This document shows positions 18,747 to 25,424 of a stretch of DNA of 34,078 nucleotides, piece by piece. The stretch is from positions 1-34,078 of the forward strand of contig JAPLVM010000005.1 in NCBI GenBank assembly GCA_026397115.1, given 5' to 3'. The number at the start of each line of letters is the position of its first letter. The first letter of the stretch is position 1. Origin of the DNA: Patescibacteria group bacterium. Its GTDB lineage: Bacteria; Patescibacteriota; Gracilibacteria; JAPLVM01. Made by a program: the position numbers and the translations under genes. Below the pieces are notes generated by a model. That model was given only the letters and a program-made list of their open reading frames with translations, made no database searches and was not told the DNA's origin.

Positions 18747-20377
18747 TTGATAGCAGATTTGGCATCTTTTTTGCCATCTTTCGGCTTTTTCAAGCTGTTT
18801 TCGGGTTCGACCACTACCACTTCATCCTTAGCGATAGGCTGGGCGAACCGAAAATTTACTTTGACTTGTATTTGATTGTCAGTCTCGGTTACATAAACAC
18901 GATCCACAAGGGTATCAACCAAGATGCGTTTTTGCTCAAAAGTCAGCTTGCTTAAATCTTGCTCAAATTGGCTGGCATAATCTTTTATGATACTTTTAGC
19001 CATCTGAGCCTGTGTAAGCCTAAATAAGGTCGTTTCTGTCTCTCCTAAGCGTTTCTTTGACCTATCAATTTTTTGCTCATATCTTCTTATATTCTCGTCT
19101 TTTCTTTCCTCGCTGGTTTTACCTCGATAATATGCGTCCTCAGCACTTATGATTGCTTCCTCCATATCTTCAATATTATCGGTTAAATTCTGCTTTTCTT
19201 TAACCAGTCTTTTTATTTCTTGCAATGAGACATTTTGTTCTTGATATTTTCGATAAAAAACATCGGGCTTGTCCAGTAAAAGCAAAATTTCATCCCAAAC
19301 AAATTTATCAATTGCTTCGGCTGGCATTTCGAGGTTCTTATATTTTTTACCGTCAGGATCAATAAAACCTTTCCTGCGATAGCCAAATCCACCTTTTTCT
19401 CTGGGATAGCCAACAAATGATCTACCTGTTTCAATATCAGTAATTTTGTGTCCCAAGAGATATTTATTATTCCCGCCGCCTCTTTGACTTTTTTCTCCGG
19501 AAAGTTCCATAGCGCGCGCTTGTGCGGCTTCAAAGAGCACTTCATCAACTGTTTTTCTAATTTTATGCTCAATTTCTACGACTTCTCCATCCGCGTCCTT
19601 AATCTTGTATGATTTCGAACCCTTGTAAATCGGATTAGTAAGAATAGTCTTTACACCGCCACCATTCCACTCTGGCTTTTTGCTACGATGATTATGCTTG
19701 CCTTTTGGTATTCCTAATTCTGTCAGTTCTCTGGCAATCTGAGCGTAATTAAGACGCTTATAAACACACCATTCAAAAATCATTTTCACTACCTCTTGCT
19801 CTTTTGGAATGGGCGATAATTTTTGACCCTTCTCGCCCTTGCTTTTAACCTTGGTAAAGCCATAAGGAATACCAGCACCAATATAATTTCCAGCTCGAGC
19901 GGCGGCTAATTTGCCTTCGGCAGTTCTAGCCTTGATTGTTTCGCGCTCAAATTCTGCCAATGCACCAAATATCTGAAAGGTTAAACGGCCAATCGGACCA
20001 GTAAAGTCTATATTTTCCCTTAACGATGAAAAGCTGACATCATTACTCTGCAAAATCTCAAATACCTCTAGCAAATGAGTTAAATTGCGTGATAACCTGT
20101 CTATTTTCCAAACCAACACTACATCTATTTCCTTGTTCTTAGCCAATCCCATCATTCGATTAAAACCGCCTCGATTGAGATGTTTACCTGTAATGCCTTC
20201 GTCTGTAAATTCCCATTCTTTTTTAGTATACCAACCAAAATAATCACTTCTATATTCAATATGCCTTTGTAAAGCCTCGCGTTGATATTCGATGCCATAG
20301 CCTTCTTTCGCTTGTTCCTCAGTAGATACTCGTAAATAAATGGCAACCCTCACGGAATTATTAGAAGCTTTTTCCAT
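18737..20377 (-). CDS. large serine recombinase (integrase type)
   Basis: Resolvase-type catalytic domain (VAIYLRVSTEEQ, KIDRLSRN, AEFERETIKART), a recombinase domain, and a long C-terminal coiled-coil region. 546 aa from ATG 20377; the ORF track uses TTG 20386. The last 3 codons and the TGA stop (18737-18739) lie inside the 3' acceptor strand/CCA of tRNA-Lys. Confidence 0.9.
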   Translation of the reverse strand: MEKASNNSVRVAIYLRVSTEEQAKEGYGIEYQREALQRHIEYRSDYFGWYTKKEWEFTDEGITGKHLNRGGFNRMMGLAKNKEIDVVLVWKIDRLSRNLTHLLEVFEILQSNDVSFSSLRENIDFTGPIGRLTFQIFGALAEFERETIKARTAEGKLAAARAGNYIGAGIPYGFTKVKSKGEKGQKLSPIPKEQEVVKMIFEWCVYKRLNYAQIARELTELGIPKGKHNHRSKKPEWNGGGVKTILTNPIYKGSKSYKIKDADGEVVEIEHKIRKTVDEVLFEAAQARAMELSGEKSQRGGGNNKYLLGHKITDIETGRSFVGYPREKGGFGYRRKGFIDPDGKKYKNLEMPAEAIDKFVWDEILLLLDKPDVFYRKYQEQNVSLQEIKRLVKEKQNLTDNIEDMEEAIISAEDAYYRGKTSEERKDENIRRYEQKIDRSKKRLGETETTLFRLTQAQMAKSIIKDYASQFEQDLSKLTFEQKRILVDTLVDRVYVTETDNQIQVKVNFRFAQPIAKDEVVVVEPENSLKKPKDGKKDAKSAINGG

Positions 20378-20417
20378 AGAAATCAATAAATTATCTGCCG
20401 ATATTTTAACCTATCTG

Positions 20418-20446
20418 ATTTTAAATATCTATATATTTAAATGTAA
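20418..20446 (-). promoter_or_regulatory. putative promoter of the recombinase gene (TTACAT-17-TAAAAT on minus strand)
   Basis: Plus-strand ATTTTA (20418-20423) and ATGTAA (20441-20446) are separated by exactly 17 nt. This is the same -10 hexamer as at rplJ, prfA and tRNA-Lys. Confidence 0.45.
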
Positions 20447-20468
20447 CCTAAGATTACTCTAAAAAATT

Positions 20469-20654
20469 CTATTTTGTTTTAATGATTGCTTTATCAAAAA
20501 ATCCCCACCCAGCAAGAGCTCGGGTGAGCTCACTATAAATAGCATCATTAACCTTTTGATCTTCGATAAAATTGGCGGAAACAACTATTTTCTTTTTTCG
20601 CTTACCTTTTGGAGGTATTATGATTTGATGCTGAGGTTTCTGATCTTCCACCAT
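20469..20654 (-). CDS. small basic hypothetical protein (61 aa); possible ribbon-helix-helix-like regulator or RDF candidate
   Basis: ATG ORF upstream of the recombinase. The KKIVVSANF strand-like segment followed by the helix-like DAIYSELTRALAG is only suggestive. It starts 15 nt after a strong terminator, so expression is uncertain. Confidence 0.35.
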   Translation of the reverse strand: MVEDQKPQHQIIIPPKGKRKKKIVVSANFIEDQKVNDAIYSELTRALAGWGFFDKAIIKTK

Positions 20655-20668
20655 TTATTCTGTTCACT

Positions 20669-20690
20669 AAAAAAGCTCCCTCTTGGGAGC
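20669..20690 (-). terminator. intrinsic terminator after the 213-aa gene
   Basis: Minus strand reads GCTCCC-aaga-GGGAGC followed by TTTTTT. Confidence 0.7.
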
Positions 20691-20746
20691 GCAATGCGCG
20701 AGCATTTTAACAATATGAAAGATTTTAATCTAAGCTAAATAAGGGG

Positions 20747-21388
20747 TTATTTTGGGGGGTATTTGCCGTTCTGAAATTTCAAAAAACCTGAGCAGTAAAT
20801 TTTTTTGCCCTCTATTTTTAAAATGTCTCTTATGTCAGATTTGCCAACTCCAAGCCGTTCTAATTGTTTTTTTAGACCCTTGATAGTTTCTTCTATATCA
20901 TTTTCTGGAGCGCGCCGTACTGAATTAAATACGTCTGCCAAAAAACAATAATTATTTCTCCCTCTCGCGAGAGCTTCGAGTAAAAGAAGTTTATCTGATT
21001 TTCGATACATGCGGATTGATTTGCCCTTATATCCAAGTTTAAGATTTTCTAGATCGCAAACAAGATATTGGTGATCATCAACATAAATTTGATCAGTTCT
21101 TTTGGCTAGTCTAACAAGAAAATCAATAGCCCTGAGCAATAATATTCTAAAAGCCCCAAGATGTTTTACCTCGTGTATCTCATTTTTATGATCAACTACA
21201 TTATATGGATCGGGCGTGCTACTAAGAATTTTTTCAAACTCATCTGCTACCTTTTCCCCATATTCTCTCTTTAAATCTTCTGTCGCATCATAGCGCCATA
21301 ATCTAAATTTCCAGCTGTCTGGGTCAGATTTATGGTCTTCGTGTATATCCCACATTTCATTTACCAATCTTGATAGTAATTTGGACAT
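20747..21388 (-). CDS. hypothetical protein, possible C-terminal winged-helix (OmpR/PhoB-like) DNA-binding domain
   Basis: GKSIRMYRKSDKLLLLEALARGRNNYCFLADVFNSV...IEETIKGLKKQLERLG loosely follows the Trans_reg_C pattern. No receiver domain. Confidence 0.5.
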   Translation of the reverse strand: MSKLLSRLVNEMWDIHEDHKSDPDSWKFRLWRYDATEDLKREYGEKVADEFEKILSSTPDPYNVVDHKNEIHEVKHLGAFRILLLRAIDFLVRLAKRTDQIYVDDHQYLVCDLENLKLGYKGKSIRMYRKSDKLLLLEALARGRNNYCFLADVFNSVRRAPENDIEETIKGLKKQLERLGVGKSDIRDILKIEGKKIYCSGFLKFQNGKYPPK

Positions 21389-21465
21389 TGTTTCAAAAGT
21401 TTTAATGTGTATGCGTGCAAAAATGAGTTCTCTAAGCTAAAAATACTCCATTATCAAAAAAGTTG

Positions 21466-21945
21466 CTAAGTACAAATGATTCCTTGTTCTTTAGCGATTT
21501 CCAATATGCGCTGTCTTATCTGCTGGGGGCTATAGTCTTGATATTGATTCATAATATTGTCTGTACTTTGATTATTTTCTAATCTGTATATCTTATGGAT
21601 TACTTCCAGCATTCTTACTGAGGCAAGCGGACTGATAATCTTTAGCTTTGTTTTATTGTCGAGGCTTGAATCAGCCAAAAAGTCTTCTGCTATTCCCATA
21701 GTTTCTTGGCACATTTCAGCGGCTTGCTGGCACATTTTAGATATCACTCGTTTAGTATCCTCTCGGTTGAGCATACGATCAAGTGAATGAATACGAGCAG
21801 ATGCGCTTTTAGCCTTACTTCCAGCCAATGTGGCGGCTTCCTCTTTGGTTGACCCTAATGCCAAAGCAGTAATAGCCATTTTTGGATTTAGCTTCTTCTT
21901 CTTTCTTGGCTTAGTATCATGATTTATCGCAGTTTTTACGGTCAT
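21466..21945 (-). CDS. hypothetical protein with N-terminal HTH-like segment
   Basis: Basic N-terminus, then ITALALGSTKEEAATLAGSKAKSASARIHSL. This resembles the HTH of phage small-terminase or regulator proteins, but the similarity is weak. Confidence 0.5.
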   Translation of the reverse strand: MTVKTAINHDTKPRKKKKLNPKMAITALALGSTKEEAATLAGSKAKSASARIHSLDRMLNREDTKRVISKMCQQAAEMCQETMGIAEDFLADSSLDNKTKLKIISPLASVRMLEVIHKIYRLENNQSTDNIMNQYQDYSPQQIRQRILEIAKEQGIICT

Positions 21946-21969
21946 TTTTTCTTTAACATTACTGCTTGG

Positions 21970-21998
21970 AGTATATCTTTTTAATAAGCAAAAATCAA
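21970..21998 (-). promoter_or_regulatory. promoter of the minus-strand island operon (TTGATT-17-TATACT)
   Basis: Plus-strand AGTATA (21970-21975) and AATCAA (21993-21998) with a 17-nt spacer. The -10 lies 25 nt upstream of ATG 21945. Confidence 0.55.
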
Positions 21999-22044
21999 GC
22001 TATAAGCGGGTTTTTGATGTGTTTTAAGTGATATTAATTAAAGG

Positions 22045-22073
22045 TTTACTTCTCTCTCGGAATATGTAAAAAT
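22045..22073 (+). promoter_or_regulatory. putative promoter of the cargo operon (TTTACT-17-AAAAAT with TG upstream)
   Basis: TTTACT at 22045-22050 and tgTAAAAAT at 22065-22073. The predicted start site falls at the first base of the 22080 stem. Confidence 0.35.
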
Positions 22074-22079
22074 AGCCCT

Positions 22080-22211
22080 GTCACACCAATTTGTAAGAGC
22101 ATTTTAACTTGCAAATCATCAAACTGGGGCAACCTAGTCGGAAAGATTTGCAAGGCGAATGCTAAGCGAATTGGTGTGACAACCCCGACGCAGGTTGTCC
22201 CTTTTGATTTT
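22080..22211 (+). promoter_or_regulatory. structured 5' leader: 27-bp interrupted hairpin, then a terminator-like hairpin with an alternative pseudoknot pairing (riboswitch/attenuator-like)
   Basis: Three stacked stems: GTCACACCAATT (22080-91) with AATTGGTGTGAC (22169-80), AGCATT (22098-103) with AATGCT (22158-63), and TTGCAAATC (22109-17) with GATTTGCAA (22145-53). GACAACC (22178-84) pairs with GGTTGTC (22193-99), followed by CCTTTTGATTTT. Loop GGGGCAACCT (22126-35) can instead pair with AGGTTGTCCC (22192-201). Confidence 0.5.
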
Positions 22212-22229
22212 CAGAATTAAGTTCTAAAA

Positions 22230-22538
22230 ATGAGCATAAAAGAAACGGCAAAAGAAATTTTTGGCGCATTAGCAAGCGGGATTGGCGGACTGATCTCTTC
22301 TGCCTTATTTCTGCTTATTATGATCGCCATAATGGCTTTCATTGATCGCTCACAAGAGAGTGGAATTGATCTGACTCTTTGGGGAATGTGGATATTGCAA
22401 GTAGCCTCAGTAGCCCTGTTTATTCGTATCCACAAAAAACTTTCGGGAGGAGAGCAATTATCAGCATTCGCCCTATGGCAGTTAGGTTTAGTAATAATAC
22501 TCTTGTATTCTGGGCTTTACCACAAAGATGTTTTTTAA
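22230..22538 (+). CDS. small 3-TM membrane protein (102 aa)
   Basis: Three hydrophobic helices (GALASGIGGLISSALFLLIMIAIMAF, LWGMWILQVASVALFIRI, FALWQLGLVIILLYSGL). First gene of the cargo operon. Confidence 0.65.
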   Translation: MSIKETAKEIFGALASGIGGLISSALFLLIMIAIMAFIDRSQESGIDLTLWGMWILQVASVALFIRIHKKLSGGEQLSAFALWQLGLVIILLYSGLYHKDVF

Positions 22539-22555
22539 ATTTTTAATTTAAATAA

Positions 22556-24016
22556 ATGGATAACCGAATCTTACTCCCTATTTACTTTATGATAGCAATA
22601 TCTATCTTATTGACTCCCAGTGTACAAGCCGATTATGAAAGTGATCTGCGTGTTATATGCAACAGAGAAGCTAATACAAGAGCTAGGCTTGGACTTGGCG
22701 ACGATAGCTCAACCATAGATTTTAATAACAGATGTTCAGAAGAAGCTATCCGAAAAGCGGTTGCCGAATATAATGCAAGTAACCAATTTTATGTGCCTAC
22801 AATACCAATTTACACCCCTACTATTTTCACTACATGCAACCCGTACGGACCAAACGCTTGGTACGATTCATCTATTAATAAATGTAAATGTAATAATGGA
22901 TACTTTTTTGGCAAAAACAATCAGGGACAAGATTATTGCATAACTTTAGATGAACATTGCCAAGGTCTATATGGATTTTTCTCAAAAGGAGGGGACAACA
23001 TAGGAGAATGTAAATGCAAAGAAGGATACGGTTTTGGTAAAGGATCCGCGAGACGAGAAGAATGCATAAGTATGAATCTCTGGTGCCAAGATGAACTAGG
23101 AAGTAATGCTGAGTATAATGAATCAACCCAAAAATGCGAATGTGGATATGGATATGGGTTTGTGCTAATGAACAATGAAAACGGCTTAGGTTGTGTTTCC
23201 TGTACGATTGCGTATGGTATATATTCACAATATAACCCGATTACAAAAGAATGTGGATGCTTAGCTGGGTACCAGCTTACCCAAGGCGATTTATATGGAA
23301 CGATATGCACAAAAGCTACTCCTGAATTTATTTGTTATGACATAGTTAACGGCTATTTGGGTAGCGACGGCCAGTGTTATTGCAATCAAGGATATATATG
23401 GAGCGACGACCAAAAACTGTGCATAAAGAAAATCGCAAATTCACCAAGGGCCATTAATGCCCCGCAAAAATTAACTGTCGGGAATAGTATTGACGATGGC
23501 GAGAAATCGAATAGTAGCAGGTCTTCTTTCTCGGATATCTCTGAAGCATACCGTTTTCATGAAGCTGTGAATAATCTCAGGGATAAAGGTGCAATCAAAG
23601 GTTATTCAGACGGTACTTTTAAGCCTCGCAGTTTCGTTACTCGTGCTGAGTTTCTCAAGATAGCCCTAGAGGGGCAAGAACCGCCTGAAAATTACAATAC
23701 TGCCTGTTTTGCCGATATAGAGCCTAATCAATGGTTTACTCGCTTTGTGTGCCGTGCTAAAGAGGCAGGATGGGTCAATGGCTATCCAGACGGTACTTTC
23801 GGACCAAATGCCAATATAACTCAAGCAGAAGCAATGAAAATAGCTTTTAAGGTTCATTCATTGCAAACGGAAGGCGACACGACTGGAGCAAATTGGTATC
23901 AGCCTTTTGTGAATAAGGTAAAGGAAAAGGGCTATTTGCCCGAAGATGTGATAAATTACAATAAATTGATGACTCGTGGCGAGATAGCTGAGATGGTTTG
24001 GAATATCATTAAGTAG
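22556..24016 (+). CDS. secreted Cys-rich repeat protein with C-terminal SLH (S-layer homology) repeats
   Basis: Signal peptide LLPIYFMIAISILLTPSVQA|DY. Five C...CxCxxGY...C units (CKCNNGY, CKCKEGY, CECGYGY, CGCLAGY, CYCNQGY). SLH-like repeats FSDIS..HEAVNNLRDKGAIKGYSDGTFKPRSFVTRAEFLKIAL and FADIEPNQWF..AKEAGWVNGYPDGTFGPNANITQAEAMKIAF, plus a degenerate third. Confidence 0.85.
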   Translation: MDNRILLPIYFMIAISILLTPSVQADYESDLRVICNREANTRARLGLGDDSSTIDFNNRCSEEAIRKAVAEYNASNQFYVPTIPIYTPTIFTTCNPYGPNAWYDSSINKCKCNNGYFFGKNNQGQDYCITLDEHCQGLYGFFSKGGDNIGECKCKEGYGFGKGSARREECISMNLWCQDELGSNAEYNESTQKCECGYGYGFVLMNNENGLGCVSCTIAYGIYSQYNPITKECGCLAGYQLTQGDLYGTICTKATPEFICYDIVNGYLGSDGQCYCNQGYIWSDDQKLCIKKIANSPRAINAPQKLTVGNSIDDGEKSNSSRSSFSDISEAYRFHEAVNNLRDKGAIKGYSDGTFKPRSFVTRAEFLKIALEGQEPPENYNTACFADIEPNQWFTRFVCRAKEAGWVNGYPDGTFGPNANITQAEAMKIAFKVHSLQTEGDTTGANWYQPFVNKVKEKGYLPEDVINYNKLMTRGEIAEMVWNIIK

Positions 24017-24038
24017 TTCATAATTTTTATCTCTAACA

Positions 24039-24698
24039 ATGTTTAAACGGATCATATCAATATTTCTATTTTTGATAATAATATTCGCCAGTATACAAAT
24101 TGCCAATGCCTATGTGAATGTTAAAGGATACTTTCGCTCAAATGGCACATATGTCGCACCGCATGTCAGATCAAATCCAAATGGGCTTAAAAGCGACAAC
24201 TATGGTTGGACGCAATCTCAAGGTACATACAATAAAACCTATGGGACTAAGGGAGCTAAGTGGGATACGCCCACTTATATTACTGACCCAGATTATTATG
24301 AAGGAAAGAATATTTATGATTCTATCAATGAAGGTGGCGCTTCTGCTGATATTGGTTTTCCAAATTTTGATATAAACCAAATATTATGTGGTCCGAATCA
24401 AACTTGGGGAGCAGATGGAAAATGTTACTGTAATAATGGTTATTTGTCCTTCAACAATTCATGTATTACATATGATCAAGCCTGCAAAATAGTCTATGGC
24501 TCTAATTCTTATGGCGCAGGTAACAACTGCGCTTGCAACGCAGGATACAAATGGAGTTCAAATATGGCTACTTGCGAAAAAATAGTCGCCATTTGCGGGG
24601 AAAATTCCTATGAAGTATTGAGAGGTTTCTGCAAATGCAAAGGAGGATATAAATGGCGACATCCAAATAATCATCGTACTGGCTGCATAGTCAAATAA
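24039..24698 (+). CDS. secreted Cys-rich repeat protein (paralogous repeat type)
   Basis: Signal peptide IFLFLIIIFASIQIANA|YV and a VKGYFRSNGTYVAPHVRSNPNG segment. Three CxCxxGY units (CYCNNGY, CACNAGY, CKCKGGY). Confidence 0.8.
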   Translation: MFKRIISIFLFLIIIFASIQIANAYVNVKGYFRSNGTYVAPHVRSNPNGLKSDNYGWTQSQGTYNKTYGTKGAKWDTPTYITDPDYYEGKNIYDSINEGGASADIGFPNFDINQILCGPNQTWGADGKCYCNNGYLSFNNSCITYDQACKIVYGSNSYGAGNNCACNAGYKWSSNMATCEKIVAICGENSYEVLRGFCKCKGGYKWRHPNNHRTGCIVK

Positions 24699-24711
24699 AG
24701 CCTTCGACCTC

Positions 24712-24860
24712 GCAAACCCCACTTTTGGACAATACGCAGATGTCCTATGTTTCGCTATCGCTTCACTAGGGACATCACGATATTGTCCAGAACCTTCCGC
24801 AGGGTAATTTCAAGGTATTCTGAAATTAAGGAGCGGAAGGACGTGGGGTTTGCTCTTTTT
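24712..24860 (+). terminator. multi-branched 3'-UTR structure closed by an 11-bp stem and followed by a U-tract (complex intrinsic terminator or 3'UTR-derived structured RNA)
   Basis: P1 is GCAAACCCCAC (24712-22) with GTGGGGTTTGC (24843-53). P2 is TGGACAATA..AGATGTCCTA (24726-47) with TAGGGACATC..TATTGTCCA (24767-89). P3 is CCTTCCGC (24793-800) with GCGGAAGG (24833-40), enclosing AATTTCA/TGAAATT. TCTTTTT follows at 24854-60. It starts 14 nt after the operon stop. Confidence 0.5.
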
Positions 24861-25387
24861 AAAACGCTTTTAGCCCAAAAGTAAAATTTTCCCGCACAAT
24901 CAAGTCCACCCATTACAGAAAAAACATGACCTCAAAAAATAAATCCTGTGTGCGTGCAAAAATCCCATAAAGCTAAGAAGCAGACGGGGCTTTCGTAGAA
25001 AAGGAAAGACGCGCCCGCCCTAGGCTATAAATTGAGCTTGTCGCATATATTTCATAACCCTAAGCCCTGATGCCCAAATGCCTTATTTTTGACGCCAGCC
25101 AACGACAAATATTCGAACTCCTTTTTGTATATTCCTTTCTTCCACCCAGTCTTAATCAGCCTTGCATAAATTGGAATGTATATGTAACCTTTATATGATT
25201 GATTACCACCACGATTTATTCGAGTTTTTGCGGAGTTTTTTTAATTCTTATCCTTATCCCTAATTCTCGTTTTATATCATCTATCTTTTTCAATCATTGC
25301 GCCAAATATAGTCTAATCTGTCAAGACTAACTCATTAAAATGCTGGGTTTTCAAGGCTAGAAACTGGTTTTCCGAGCATAAATCAGC

Positions 25388-25393
25388 TATAAT
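25388..25393 (+). promoter_or_regulatory. consensus -10 hexamer TATAAT upstream of the giant ORF
   Basis: Perfect TATAAT 31 nt upstream of ATG 25425. No good -35 (TGGTTT at 17-nt spacing). Confidence 0.3.
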
Positions 25394-25424
25394 ATTTTGA
25401 ATTTGTACAAAATCAAAATAAAAA

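Larger units (their letters stand above)
18734..25211. mobile_element. putative ~6.5 kb integrated island at tRNA-Lys (serine recombinase, regulators, surface-protein cargo); right end tentative
   Basis: The recombinase gene abuts and overlaps the tRNA 3' end. The content is self-contained, with divergent promoters. TGATTACCACCA (25200-25211) is a degenerate direct copy of the tRNA 3' end TGATCACCCACCA (18734-18746). Confidence 0.4.

Noticed and set aside
22080-22180. 12-bp perfect inverted repeats upstream of a surface-protein operon near a recombinase, as a possible invertible promoter switch
   Set aside because: The repeats are only 77 bp apart. The interior is itself self-complementary (two further nested stems), which fits an RNA/DNA hairpin rather than an invertible segment carrying a promoter. 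The candidate promoter lies outside the repeats.
24712-24853. Integron attC-like cassette recombination site after the cargo genes
   Set aside because: No RYYYAAC/GTTRRRY core sites at the stem ends, no tyrosine (IntI-type) integrase nearby, and a branched rather than bulged single-hairpin fold.
24975-25022. AGGAAAGAC and GAAGCAG strings resembling RNase P P4 and SRP RNA motifs
   Set aside because: These are only 7-9-nt partial matches. The surrounding sequence lacks the helices and other conserved blocks of either RNA.
24906-25148. TCCACCCA repeated at 24906 and 25141, and AGTCCACCCATT at 24903, as further tRNA-Lys 3'-end remnants
   Set aside because: An 8-mer repeat is expected by chance within about 700 bp, and the alignment to the tRNA needs two gaps. 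Only the 25200-25211 match is retained, as tentative.
25240-25262. Tandem TTATCC repeats (TTATCCTTATCCCTA) as DnaA boxes or a replication origin
   Set aside because: Each matches the TTATCCACA consensus at only 7 of 9 positions. There is no dnaA/dnaN context and no cluster of further boxes. An AT-rich promoter region explains it.
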